Below, piece by piece: positions 26,741 to 39,067 of a DNA stretch of 64,000 nucleotides. The position numbers and the translations under genes are program-made. Source of the stretch: Eledone cirrhosa (Eukaryota); contig OZ024748.1 in NCBI GenBank assembly GCA_964016885.1, positions 52,266,001 through 52,330,000 on the forward strand, read 5' to 3'. Numbering within the stretch: the stretch's first letter is position 1; every line of letters begins with the position of its first letter. The notes under the pieces were generated by a model. That model was not told where the DNA came from. It worked only from the letters and a program-made list of their open reading frames with translations, and did no database searches.

Positions 26741-27215
26741 GATAACTATCTGTTTATCTCTCTATATCATATATGCCCATCAATCTATCTATTTATCTAT
26801 CTATCTGTTTATCTCTCTATATCATATCTATCTACCAATCAGTCTATCTAGTTATCTATCTATCTGTTTATCTCTCTATATCATATATGTCTATGAACCT
26901 ATCTCTCTGTTTATTTCTCTATATCACATATGCCTATCTATCTATCTAGTTATCTATCTATCTGTTAATCTCTCTATATCATATATGTCTCTATCTATCT
27001 ATCTATGGGTGAACATCAATGAGAACAGAAATGAATGAATGCATGCTGAGACAGTACAAGCTTCCTTAACCCTTTCCTTCCTGCACTTTTAATGAAATTC
27101 ACTAATTATTAATTCACTATTAATTAATTCTAGAAATTTGAAGTATTTAATGAAATACCCAACCATTTCATTAATAAGATGATATTTCAAGCAGTACTTA
27201 ACAAACCTTTCTTAA

Positions 27216-27435
27216 CCTTTTAGCATTTAAACTGGCCGTATCCGGCCAGAATTCTCTCACCTTTTACTGTTCAAACTGGCCATAACTGGCCACTCATACT
27301 GATGTTAAGGTATTGTTCTCAAAATAAATAATAACAAAATCTCATAGATTCAATATTATATGAGATATCATGTGAGGTAAAGACTTTAATGTGAAAATAC
27401 AATAGTATATATATAATAACGTAAATGCTAAAGGA
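27216..27435. mobile_element. piggyBac-type MITE family A nested in an older TTAA element
   Basis: TTAA at 27212-15 and 27436-39; TIRs ccttttagc / gctaaagga. Confidence 0.8.
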
Positions 27436-27621
27436 TTAAATGAAATTATGAAGGAACATTTTAAAATGAGCAGTTGTGTAGAATAAAGCTAGGCTGGTTT
27501 CATGTGCGTTCATATCAAAAGAGTTTATAAATCTTGATATCCTGTAATGAGTCATCAGAAAATATCTAAAAACATGTTTATTAATCCAAATGTTTATATT
27601 ATCTTTACTATATTATATTTA

Positions 27622-27948
27622 CTACCATCCAGGGGTAGACCCCGAGCAAGATAACATCCATGAGCTTTGCTGGTCATACTTGGGGATCCAGCTGGATCAG
27701 TTGGAGACGGTTGCTTCTGACAGGACCTACTGGAAGGAGTGTTTGAGGACTGACCCCATGACCCTCTCAGGAATAAGTGGGTGGTGAAGAAGAAGAAGAA
27801 GAAGAAGAAGAAGAAGAAGAAGAAGAAAAAGAAAAAGAAAAAGAAAAAGAAAAAGAAGAAAAAGAAGAAGAAGAAAAAGAAAAAGAAGAAAAAGAAGAAG
27901 AAAAAGAAGGAAAAGAAAAAGAAGAAAAAGAAGAAGAAGAAGAAGAAG
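27622..27948 (+). mobile_element. RTE-type LINE 3' fragment with (GAA)n tail
   Basis: DNIHELCWSYLGIQLDQLETVASDRTYW; longer minus copy at 46168-46500. Confidence 0.7.
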
Positions 27949-28652
27949 AGGTTGTTGGGAAAATTTAGAGTCGTAAACTAAACTCTCGACTTTCCTTTTT
28001 AATGTGATTCAGACAGAGCTGTTTGTACCTTTAAAGAATGTCTAGCTAATGTGATTTCCTGTAATACAGGAGTTAATAAGACAAAATGTGGGGAATTGGA
28101 CAAAGTTTAAATCTGCCATTCTATAACTAGAAGCATGTATGACCTGTCTGTGCTTGATATCTCATGCACCAGAATTCTTAAACTGAACAAGAAAAAAAAA
28201 AGAATCCTTCTTTATTGGCATTCACTGTCAAGATGTTAAATGTGCAAAGAATCCATATATTTTGAACATTTTACAAAAGGCAATGGTAGTTGGGTGGTTT
28301 GAGTTATTTATAAGAAAATATTATGTGGGGGAAGCTTTTAAATCCAAACTTACATTTTTTTTTTCTTCTTGATATTTTTTTCTTCCAGATTTCGGTTCCA
28401 ACTTTGAATAATGAAATTTTTTTTATTTGCCGTCAATATCCAATAAAAGATTCTTTCGCAATTACTATAAATAAATAAATAATAAAAAGAATGCAAAAGA
28501 ATAATGTGAAGAAATCAAAATCATCTTCAATCTTTTTCACCCCCCCCCCCCCCCATTATTAGTACTCTGATCGATAGAGCTGTGCTACTTTAAATAAACT
28601 ATGTTAAAGTGCAAGAAAGATGACCTAAATATACTTAGTTCTTTTTAGTTAT

Positions 28653-28687
<35 letters not shown>

Positions 28688-28925
28688 GTATATATATAGG
28701 TATGTATATATATATTTCATATGTATATATTTCATATATTTCATATATATATTTCATATGTATATATAGATATATATATATACATATACATATATTCATA
28801 TATATATAGATATATATACATATATACATATACTCATATATATATAGATATATATACATATATACATATACATATATACATACATATACATATATACATT
28901 CATATATATATACATATATACATAC

Positions 28926-28960
<35 letters not shown>

Positions 28961-29292
28961 CATATATACATATTCATATATATACATATACATATATATA
29001 TATGCATTTATATATATATATGTATACATATATATTCATATACATATATATCACCTTCATCATAATCATCACAATCATTTAGCATCCATTTTCCCTGCTA
29101 GCAAGGATATAGATCATACATATAAGTAAGTATATTCACGTATTCATGGTTGTGTACATGCATGAATGTCTAGCATAAATTTCCAACTATTTTAATGAAT
29201 AGAAAAATATCCTGCAGAAGGGAATACAACTGAAGGAAGTCAATCTCAATTTCAAATGTAATAATAATGATGAGGATGATGAAAACAATAAT

Positions 29293-29682
29293 TTCTTTAT
29301 TAGCCACACAGGGCTCACATAAAGGAAACATTAAAAACAGTACAGGACGATACAGTATGAGGTTCTTGTTGTTTTTTTAAAATAAAATCTATAACAGAGA
29401 CTAAGAAAATAAACATTTTAAAAACAAACAACAAATTCCCCAAAGGTGAGGAGACTCTAAGGGTCACTCATGTACAAATCCCACAAAAGCCACTGTCACG
29501 CTGTCTGCTAGGGCAAAGTGGTCTCTCCTCCAATCTACAGTCCTATGTTCAAGGCAGGCTCCTTCATATGGACCATCTTCACCACTTTCACCCATCTTTC
29601 AACAAATTGGTTGGAAGGCTGCACTTCCCTCTCCACCCAGATTTTCCTCTTCAAACCTGAAAAGGTTTATCAGGGCTTCACC
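29293..29682 (-). mobile_element. Tx1/L1-like LINE 3' end
   Basis: Reverse-complement similarity to 26357-26740. Confidence 0.5.
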
Positions 29683-29703
29683 AATAATAATAATAATAAT
29701 ATA

Positions 29704-29970
29704 ATCAGGAAATTATGGAGAATCAGACATATAGATGTGGTACCAATTGTGGTTGGTGCACTGGGAGCAGTTGGTAAAAAGTAGGATGCATGGCTGGAGA
29801 AGCTAGGAATTACCATCAGGATGGGATTGTTGCAGAAAACAGTCTTGCTAGGAACAGCAAGGTTTCTAAGGAGGGTGTTAGAAACTTGAAGGAGAAGGAA
29901 TGACCTGAAGGACCTTTGGCCATTGGCTATGACTCCCTCTTTTGGTATAGTGTTAATATAGTATATTTTG
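29704..29970 (+). mobile_element. R4/Dong-like LINE C-terminal (restriction-like endonuclease) fragment
   Basis: RKLWRIRHIDVVPIVVGALGAVGKK*DAWLEKLGI..LLQKTVLLGTARFLRRVLET*. Confidence 0.75.
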
Positions 29971-30007
29971 CTTGTTATAATAATAGCAAAATAATGGTGC
30001 AAGTAAT

Positions 30008-30217
30008 TTAAACCAGCCATAACCAGCCAGAATTCTCTCACCTCTTTCTGTTCAAACTGGCTATAACTAGCCACTCATACTGATCTTAAGGGATTGTGCT
30101 CAAAATAAATGACATCAAAATCTCGTAGATTCAATATTATGTGAGATAATTATGTAAGATAAAGCCTTTACCACAAAAATACAATAGTATATATAGAGTA
30201 ATGTAAATGCTAAAGAG
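30008..30217. mobile_element. piggyBac-type MITE family A (left end eroded)
   Basis: Body identity to other copies; ends gctaaagag|TTAA. Confidence 0.7.
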
Positions 30218-30544
30218 TTAAGGAAGTAAATAACCCAAGGATCTGACATAACTCTTGAAGAATGATGTCAGTCAATAATCAAAGAATGATAATATTTTTG
30301 CCAATCAATAATAATTTCAATACAACTCTAATTAATATTTTGATATGCAAATTGGGGTTTATATTATAAAAGTAAAGAAGCTGATTGCCAGAAGAGGTCA
30401 AGGAAACAATGTTTTCAATGGCCTCTCCATTGCTGAAAACACCTGCCAATCATGACTCCTGGCAGGACAGGAAGGAAGAGGCAACACTTGAACTCAGTAT
30501 GCACATTAAATAGCACATAGCATATAAACAATATGCCCCCACAC

Positions 30545-30822
30545 CCCCCACCGCAAGGTGGTCGTGGAGGTGCCACGGCAAAAAAGCACCCAGCCCACAC
30601 TGTAAAGTGGACGTGTAGGCGCCACGAAAAAGCACCCAGCACTCACTGTAAATGAGGTTGGTGTTAGGAAGGGCATCCAGCTGTAGAAATCAAGCCAGAT
30701 CAGTTCCTGTATGAGCAAGGCATGGTCAGCCGACCAGACACTGCACACAACAGGACAACCCGTCTAACCCATGCTAGCGTGGAAGAACGGACGTATGATG
30801 ATGATGATGATGATGATGATGA
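30545..30822 (+). mobile_element. SINE F / RTE-E shared 3' portion
   Basis: Two 48-bp modules, ggaagggcatccagc, (GAT)n tail. Confidence 0.75.
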
Positions 30823-31335
30823 TAGCATATAGCATCCTACCTGAGTCTTTAATAATTCCACCAATCTACTGCCCTTGGATTAATAGTTTATTTATAGACC
30901 CCAGAAGATTGATAAGCAAAGTTGACCTTGGTGGGATTTGAACTCAGTGTGTACAGAGTCAGATCAGACACTGCCAAACTCTTTTTAAATAATTCTGTCA
31001 GTCCATCCATGGCCTTCTAGACTAGATGAATGAAAGGTAAAGTTGACCTTGGTGGAATTTTAACTCAGAATGGAATGAGCCAGAACAAATAGTGCAAAAT
31101 ATTCTGTCTGAGAGGATATGGTGTACCAATTCTAATCCAGATATGACTACATACTCACACTTTTGTTACCAAACTGCCTGAAATCGCCTCCAGTTGTTCT
31201 ATGATACAAAACTATTTTGTTTCGAAAATATCCTTACTATTTTAAAGTGTTTATATTTATCTAAAAACCTTCCATTATTTTGCTGGCCTTGTGCCAAAAA
31301 GTAGAAACAATTATTTATGTGAGAACTGTTTTTAA

Positions 31336-31552
31336 TCCTTTAGCATTTACATTATTCTATATTTACTATTGTTTTTTCATGATAAACAATTTATCTTACA
31401 TGATCATCTCACATAATATCGATTCTATGATCTTTGATGTTATGTATTTTGAAAACAACTTAATGTTGGTATGATTGGCCAGTTATGGCCAGTTTGAACA
31501 GAAAGAGGTGAGAGAATTCTGGCCGAATATAGCCAGTTTAAATGCTAAAGTG
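31336..31552. mobile_element. piggyBac-type MITE family A nested in an older TTAA element
   Basis: TTAA at 31332-35 and 31553-56. Confidence 0.8.
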
Positions 31553-31887
31553 TTAAGTTATGTTCCAAACAACTGCTTAATTATGAAAAATTTAGGTATA
31601 TAATTAAATGTTTCCACATTGTTGATTATTTTCAAAATATAGGCATCTTTCAGTAGAAATATGGTAAGAACGGGGTTAAAGTTTATTTATAATATAAATA
31701 TACATTAGGTTATTATGTAACACAATAATTTCTTTAATGGATCTGAAACATCAATTTTTATTCAGAAAAACATTCTCTAAGTGTAACAACAATGCAATAC
31801 TGATTAAGATTCAGGTATATATATATGCTGCAGGCAACATTTATTTACTCTTTATTCATTACTATTTATACTTATATTTATTAATTA

Positions 31888-32767
31888 CTAGCAGTAAAGC
31901 CCGGCATTGCTCGGGGCTGCTCAGTAACTGTGTTAAAGTTACAATGTTAAGTTCCTTTCTTGGCTTAAAAACTGTAGAGTCTACAGTGTAGACTTTCATG
32001 TGGTACTTTTGATAACAGTATGCCTTATGAAGTTAAGAAAACATAACCAAAACCCGAATGTTAAAACAAAAGACGATGCTGGGGATAAAAACTGCACTGG
32101 TAATCTATTAACAAAAATCGAAAATGTAAACACTGAAACACATGTCTCAGAGAAAAACATCAGCGTAACCAAACTATCAGTTATTTTGAAGCAAAGAAGT
32201 TGGATGGAAATGAAAAACAAAACAAAAAAAATGCGTTATCTGTTTGTCGTTTAAAATCATTGTTTCTAAATGAAAATCTCATAAGGCTTTATTCGAGGTC
32301 AATGCTTTTTTTACAAAATATTTGCTTGTTTTACGGTGTATTCAAATAGGCTTGTTTTCAAGTAAAATATTGTTTTAAAAGACTTTTTAACGGAAATGAA
32401 GCAAAATGGAAGCTTAATGTTGAAATTTCGAACTCATGAATTTTGCAGGTTAAAATTTGGCTGGCCCAAAAGTTGTTCGCGTATTTTTGTACTTTTGCAC
32501 GCGTAAGAATGACGCCATAAAAGGGAAATAACTCGTCTCTCATCTCTATTTATACATTTGAACTGAAAAATCAATACATTACAAATTCGAGTTTTGCACT
32601 TGCCGTGGGTCGATTTAAACATTTTTTTGACCGATGTCTCCGACGGACTTTCATCTATAAGTGTAGCAATTTCACCGAAATTTGAACGTACGGTTTAGGA
32701 GGAGATGTGTGCCGACCTTTTAGTAGACAAACAGACAGACAGACAACCTCAGTTTTATATATATAGA
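31888..32767 (-). mobile_element. Non-autonomous Helitron
   Basis: Minus strand starts TCtatatatataaaa and ends with GC hairpin cccgagcaatgccggg + 8 nt + CTAG; inserted between A and T; (CTGT)n near the 5' end. Confidence 0.85.
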
Positions 32768-32776
32768 TTATATATT

Positions 32777-33850
32777 AGCAGAATTGGTAGAGCATTGAGT
32801 AATATGCTTGGTAATATATAGTTATGTCCCTTTATGTTCTGAGTTCAAATCCTGCCAAGGTTAACTTTGCCTATCATCATTACGAGATTGATAAAATAAA
32901 GTACCAGTAATGCACTGGGGTCAATATAATCAACTTTTCCCTTTGCCAAAATGGATGACTTTGTGCCTAAATCAGAAACCATTATTCAGTCCCAGGTCAG
33001 GGGGTCTATTTGCAGTATCAGTAGAGTGTTGGACAATATGCTTTATGTTCCCTTTATGTTCTGAATTCAAATAATGCTGAGGTTAGCTTTGCCTGTCACC
33101 CTTACAGGGTCAATAAAATATGGTACCAGTAATACACAATGGGATCAATTTAGTCGACTTTCTTTTCCCTCCAAATTATTTTTGTTTTGTCGAAATCAAA
33201 ATCATTATTTTAGGGTGGTGTATTGACAATATCGGACAACATGCTTTGCAACATACAGCTATGTCCCTTTAACATAAAGATTAGCTTTGCCATTCATCCT
33301 TAGAGAGTCGATAAAATAAAGTACCAATAATGGACAGGGACTGATTTAATTGACTTTCCATACCCCACCACCAAATTGCTGACCTTTATCATCAATATTG
33401 GTGGTTTGGCAGAGTCATTAGCGCAACGGACAACATGCTTTGCGTTACAGCTCTTTACGTTCTGATTTCAAATCCCGCTGAGGTTAGCTTTGCCTTTCAT
33501 CCTTACAGGGATCGATAAAATAAAGTACCAATAATGCATTGGGGATCAAACAATCAACTTTCGCCTCGCCCAAAATTGTTGACCTTGTGCCTAAATCAGA
33601 AACCATATGTAACTGACTAATGCTACACAATGCAACATTATAGCTATGTATTGCATTGTTTAGTGTCTTTATTCCACTAGTAGTAAGTTTGGTAGGGTTG
33701 TTAAAATGGCTAGAATGTTTTGCAGTGTTTTGTCTGGTGCTCATAGTTCAAATCTTGCCAAGGTCAACTTTGCTCTTTATCATTTCTAGGCTAATAACAA
33801 AAGTACAAGTATATGACTGGTACTTTTGTTATAGGTCACCTCCACTCATG
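32777..33850 (+). mobile_element. Head-to-tail cluster of ~5 family C SINEs
   Basis: Repeated 'ttagctttgcc..catcc..gataaaataaagtacca' bodies near 32860, 33080, 33280, 33480, 33760. Confidence 0.8.
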
Positions 33851-33871
33851 TATATACACTAGTGTCGACCT

Positions 33872-34135
33872 ATTAATGACCGTCTTGAACCCAGAGGATC
33901 ATCAGGCCAATGCTTATCCTAGTTTCCGCAGCATGAAGCAAATGAGAGTACAAGACTTCCATCTGCCTCCTGAACAGGACACCAGTCCTTTGCAGAGTTA
34001 AACCCCAGCTATTGCTGGTACTCATTTTCAGCCGAATGTACCAGAGTAATGTGAAATGAAGTGCTTTTGCTCTAAAACATGACAAACAACCGAGTCCAGG
34101 AATCAAACCCACAACCCACTAGGCCACACGCCTCT
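33872..34135 (-). mobile_element. SINE family G
   Basis: Homologous to 5798-6058 and 43847-44128. Confidence 0.75.
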
Positions 34136-34262
34136 ACAGTGTTGATATATATTTGAACATATTTCCTATAGATTGATAAAACATTTATCTTAGCATATAC
34201 AGTATCTTTTAAAGAATTATCTATCTTAAAGCTATCAATAATTATTCACCTGTGTGTATGTT

Positions 34263-34338
<76 letters not shown>

Positions 34339-34481
34339 TAATTATATATATGTATACACACACACATAATTATATATATATAATACAATATCATTTTATG
34401 TCAATTTTCCATGCTTGCATTAGTTAGACAGATATATATATATATATATATATACATACACCCATATGCTCCCAGTATATA

Positions 34482-34543
<62 letters not shown>

Positions 34544-35019
34544 TATGCTCAGATACATTTACACATCATAATGTACATGTTAACCTATGAAGGAATGTAT
34601 ATCTCACTAGTTGTTTTTTTAAATATTTAAATTTATTTTATTTCAATATTAAAGAATTAATTATAGATTCAGGAAAGCCATGTGATTAAACAGGTAAAAA
34701 GTACACAAAGTATTATTATTATTATTATTGATATTATTAATAATAATAATAATTTGTTTTATGTTTAGTTTACTCTTTTCTTTAATTTTCAAAGAAAGCT
34801 CTTATTTCTGATGGCATGCAATGAGCTTTAATCTGAATTCAAAACATCTCATCAGTATCATCATCATCATCACTGTTTAATGTCCATTTTCCACATGAGC
34901 ATAGGTTAGACAAGTTGTCCCATTATGAGATAAGTCAAGTCAGGTGACTGTCTTGCTCATACAGAACTGTTTCTGGTTTGGTTTCTAACGCTGGATGCGC
35001 TTCCTAACACCAACTACAT

Positions 35020-35392
35020 TTACAGTGTAGATTGGATATTTTTTTATTATGACACCAGCATGACCACTTTACAATGTGGACTGGGTGCTTTTTGTTGTGA
35101 CACCAACATGACCACTTTACAGTGCTGACTAGATGCTTTTTGTTGTGACACCAATATTACCACTTTACAGTGTGGATTAGGCACTTTTTGTTGTGACACC
35201 AATATTACCACTTTACAGTGTGGATTAGGCACTTTTTGTTGTGACACCAATATTACCACTTTACAGTGTGGATTAGGTACTTTTTGTTGTGACACCAATA
35301 TTACCACTTTACAGTGTGGATTAGGCACTTTTTGTTGTGACACCAACATGACCACTTTACAGTGTGGAATAGGTACTTTTTAATGTGACATC
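35020..35392 (-). repeat. 48-bp tandem array (~8 units) derived from a SINE/LINE internal module
   Basis: Unit tgttgtgacaccaatattaccactttacagtgtggattaggcactttt (35141, 35189...); contiguous with a SINE tail at 34858-35020. Confidence 0.9.
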
Positions 35393-36220
35393 AAATTTAT
35401 ACTTGTAAAAAGCTTAACAACATAGTGGTTACAAAAGATCTATTAATCAGACGGTATCTATCTATTGTCCCATAACTCCTGATAGAGTGATAGGGCCGCC
35501 ATATTTACATACAGTGTTTCTAGGGCTTTTTAAGCTTGGTGGAGCGCATTCCTCTCCAGGCCTGACTACAGCAGATTTCTTCCAGAGAAAGATAGAAAGT
35601 GAGAGAGAGGAAATGAGATATAGAGGAAGAATTGGCTCCAGTACTAGACTGGTACTTTGTTTTATCGACCTCGAAAGGATGAAAAGCAAAGTTGACCTCA
35701 GTGGGATTTTAACTCAGAGAGCAGAGAGTTGGAACAAATACCATAAATCATTCTATCCAATGTTCGAGCGACTCTGCCAATTTGCCACCTAATTAGAGGG
35801 TAAGAAGATCAAATTCATTAGTAGAGTACAGGTCTGAGGATATTTTTGGTAAGGCAAATATTTGTTAAATTATCTTCCTTGAAGAAGTGGGACAGAAAAC
35901 AACTACTGGTCCTTTAAAATGTCAATGGGGTTGTTCGAAATGTAATTCTGCTAAAAATTACATTCCGTGAGAAATAAGATTCTTAGTCATTTTTTTGTTC
36001 AATTTTAAATTCATGAAATTAATATTCCAGAATTATCATCATCATCAAAATGATATGTCTGTAGTTCTATGCTTGCATGGATTGAACTAGTCCTGCTCAC
36101 TACAGCACATTTCCACTTGTCACATTCCATCATTTTGTCAAGTTTATAATACTCATTAACAAATATATTTTCTATGAAATATTGACAAAAAATTTCTACC
36201 AGTAACCAATATTTATATCA

Positions 36221-37553
36221 CCATCATCATCCTCGTTTAACGTCCACTTTCCACGCTAGCATGGGTTAGACGGGAGTTGTCCCACTTGAGGTAAGGTTGG
36301 TCGGGTGACCGTGTCTCGCTCATATAGGACTATCTGGCAGGTTTTCTACGGCTGGATGCCCTTCCTAACACCAACCACATTTACAGTGTGGAACTGGTAA
36401 CTTTTTACCGTGTTACCTACACGGCCACATTACAGCGTGGACTGTGTGTTTTTTTCTCATGACACCTACACGATCTCGATCTCATTTATCTCATTTATTT
36501 GGACTGGATGTTGTGGTATCAACTTTATAGAAAGGGGGTGGTGTTGGTGGGAGTGGGAGGATAGGGTAGGGGTAGTGGATTGGGGTGTATATTTGGTTAA
36601 GAGGTGCCTACTGGCTGTAGGTTACGCTTTGTACATAGGCAAGGCAGGTCTTCTGTATTACTGCGTAGCACCAAAGATCTCAGTCCAGTGACATTGTCTT
36701 AGAGAGGTGCAAGTGTGTAAGGTTGGAATTTATCAGATCGTCCTAGGTTTTTCTGGGTCTACCTACTCCGTAACTACCATCAATTTTGATCACCCTGCAC
36801 TTTTTTATACAGCTGTCGTCTTTCATGTGCATCACGTGGCCATACCAACGTAGTCTTCTCTCAAGTAAACAGCATCTGTTCCCTCTTATTCCTAATTTCT
36901 CACTTAGTTCATTTATGCTTTGCCATTCACGTATATTACTATTACACATCCAACGGAGCATGCATGTTTCGTTCCTTTCCAGTCTACGCAGGTCCTCTGC
37001 ACGCAATGCCCATGTCTCACTGCCATGTAGCATTGCTGTTCGTATACAAGCATCATACAATCTGCCTTTCATTTTTAGAGAGAAACCTTTTGTGGCCAAC
37101 AGCAGTATAAGCTCTCTGAACTTTTCCATCCTGTTCTGACTCTGGCTACTGTACTTTCAGAACACCCTCCACCACTGCTGATTTCGTCACCCAGGTAACG
37201 GAAAGTGTCTACTATTTCTATAGAACCATCTGGGCAATAGAAGGGGCTAGTATCCTGTGGGCACTTGCTACTTATCGCACCTGAGCATCGGCCACATATA
37301 AAGTCTACGTTCTTAGATAGTTTACCTGTGTTCCCACTACATCTTTTATGTACCCATACTTTGCATTTGGGACATAAAATTGAATTTCTGCCTACTCCTT
37401 CCCTACACACTGAGCAAGGTCATTTTCCTGAGGGTACCTGTGCCTTATTTTCCTTTCTACAAACTAGGACTTTAGTCTTAGACAAGTTAACTTTAAGGCC
37501 TTTTGATTCTAGGCCATGCTTCCATGTTTGGAATTTCTTTTCTAGTTCTTTTC
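36221..37553 (-). mobile_element. RTE LINE family E, longest copy (RT C-terminal half, Cys-rich insert, 3' UTR), pseudogenised
   Basis: GLKVNLSKTKVL..(stop)..CREGVGRNSILCPKCKVWVHKRCSG..ICGRC..FRYLGD..(frameshift)..LHGSETWAL..WYGHV..GRPRKT. Confidence 0.9.
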
Positions 37554-39025
37554 TATATATATATAATGGTGACAGTTCAAGGAAACGACAAAACAGAGGT
37601 ACAAAAATTCTTATTACTTTCATGCCTTATGTATATATATATATATATATATATGTATCATGGTTATTATCATATATATATATATGTATCATGGTTATTA
37701 TCATATATATATATATATATGTATCATGGTTATTATCATATATATATATATATATATGTATATCACATATTTCTGATAATCAAAATTAAAGGCTTTGATT
37801 GGATACTAACTCTCAATAATTTAGGTCAGAGATAATTGATAAAAGAAGACGAAAAAAGTTTTGTGGAATACTGTGTGCTAATCTGAATAAGCAAATTACT
37901 TGCAAACATCAACATCAACATCAACATCATCATTAGCAGCAACATCAACAGTAGCTAGATGAACAAGAACAGAGAGCACAAAATTAAAGATAATTAATGT
38001 GTTCTCTTGTCCATATGACTATTGCCAACATCTTAATATAATCAACATCAAAGAAACTCACAAGACTTTAAGCAGATGTTTGACTTCCAGAATTAGGGCA
38101 CCTTATATACATCTATTAAATGGAAAGATATAGAGAAAGAGAGTAAGAGAGAGAAAGAAAGTGTGAGTGAGAAAGAGAAAGTGAGAGAGAGAGTAAGACA
38201 GAGTGAGAAAGTGAGAGTGAGAGAGAAAGTGAGAGAGACAATGGGGGAGGGAATGAGAGAGAGAGAGAGAGAATGTAATATTGTGAAGAATAAATTTCTG
38301 TTAATAATTTGAGAATAATGTCAATTATATCACCTTTAATGAGAACGTGGAACATTCATGTCAAATTGGCAAAGTTTCGCCCAATAAGATAATGACTTGA
38401 AGTAAACTTGGACTCAATGTGTCACATCAATTTTGTAAATTATTAATAAAGACTTTTAAAAGACATGCAGGCACTTCTGTAAGTAAGAGAAGATCAGAAG
38501 CCAGCCTTCATGGAAATTACAACAAATCTAGCTAAAACATTTGTCAATATATTTGTACTTTAAAGTAGAAACCAATAATTTATAGTCTCCCACTTCTGAA
38601 TATTATCTGCCAAGAAAGGAAAAGGACACATATATATATGAATGAAGGTGGTGGTGGTGGGTAACCTTTGTCATTTCTCCTGAAACAGATTTATAGCGTG
38701 TAATGTATTTCATAAATGGTTAGTTTGTCTTCCTTTATCTACCCCCACCGCCCTTGGGAGTAGGGGTGATGTGATGACTGACATTAAAGTTTTAGTCATG
38801 TCAGGGCTTGATAACTTCTCTGGGAGCAATGAACAGAGACATAATAAGGTAGGCAAAGACGAAGTCACTCACATATTTACAAATACATAGAATTGTCTTG
38901 ACCCAAACTTTCACTTTCTTTGTGACCCCCCTTGAAATTTGCAATAAAAAAGGAATTAAATAAAGACAAGATTGTGTAAATAAAACAAAATCAAAATGAA
39001 AAGTAGACACAGAGGAACAAGAAAA

Positions 39026-39067
39026 GTCATTGAGATAGGTCACAATGTGTGACGAAAGAGTTTTGAC
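39026..39067 (+). ncRNA. Degenerate hammerhead motif (paralog of 22208-22250)
   Basis: gtca [ttgagata] ggtcaca..tgtgac GAAA gagt TT tgac; stems intact, core mutated. Confidence 0.4.

Noticed and set aside
34668-34693. 27-nt microexon IQESHVIKQ
   Set aside because: Too short to distinguish from chance AG/GT pairs
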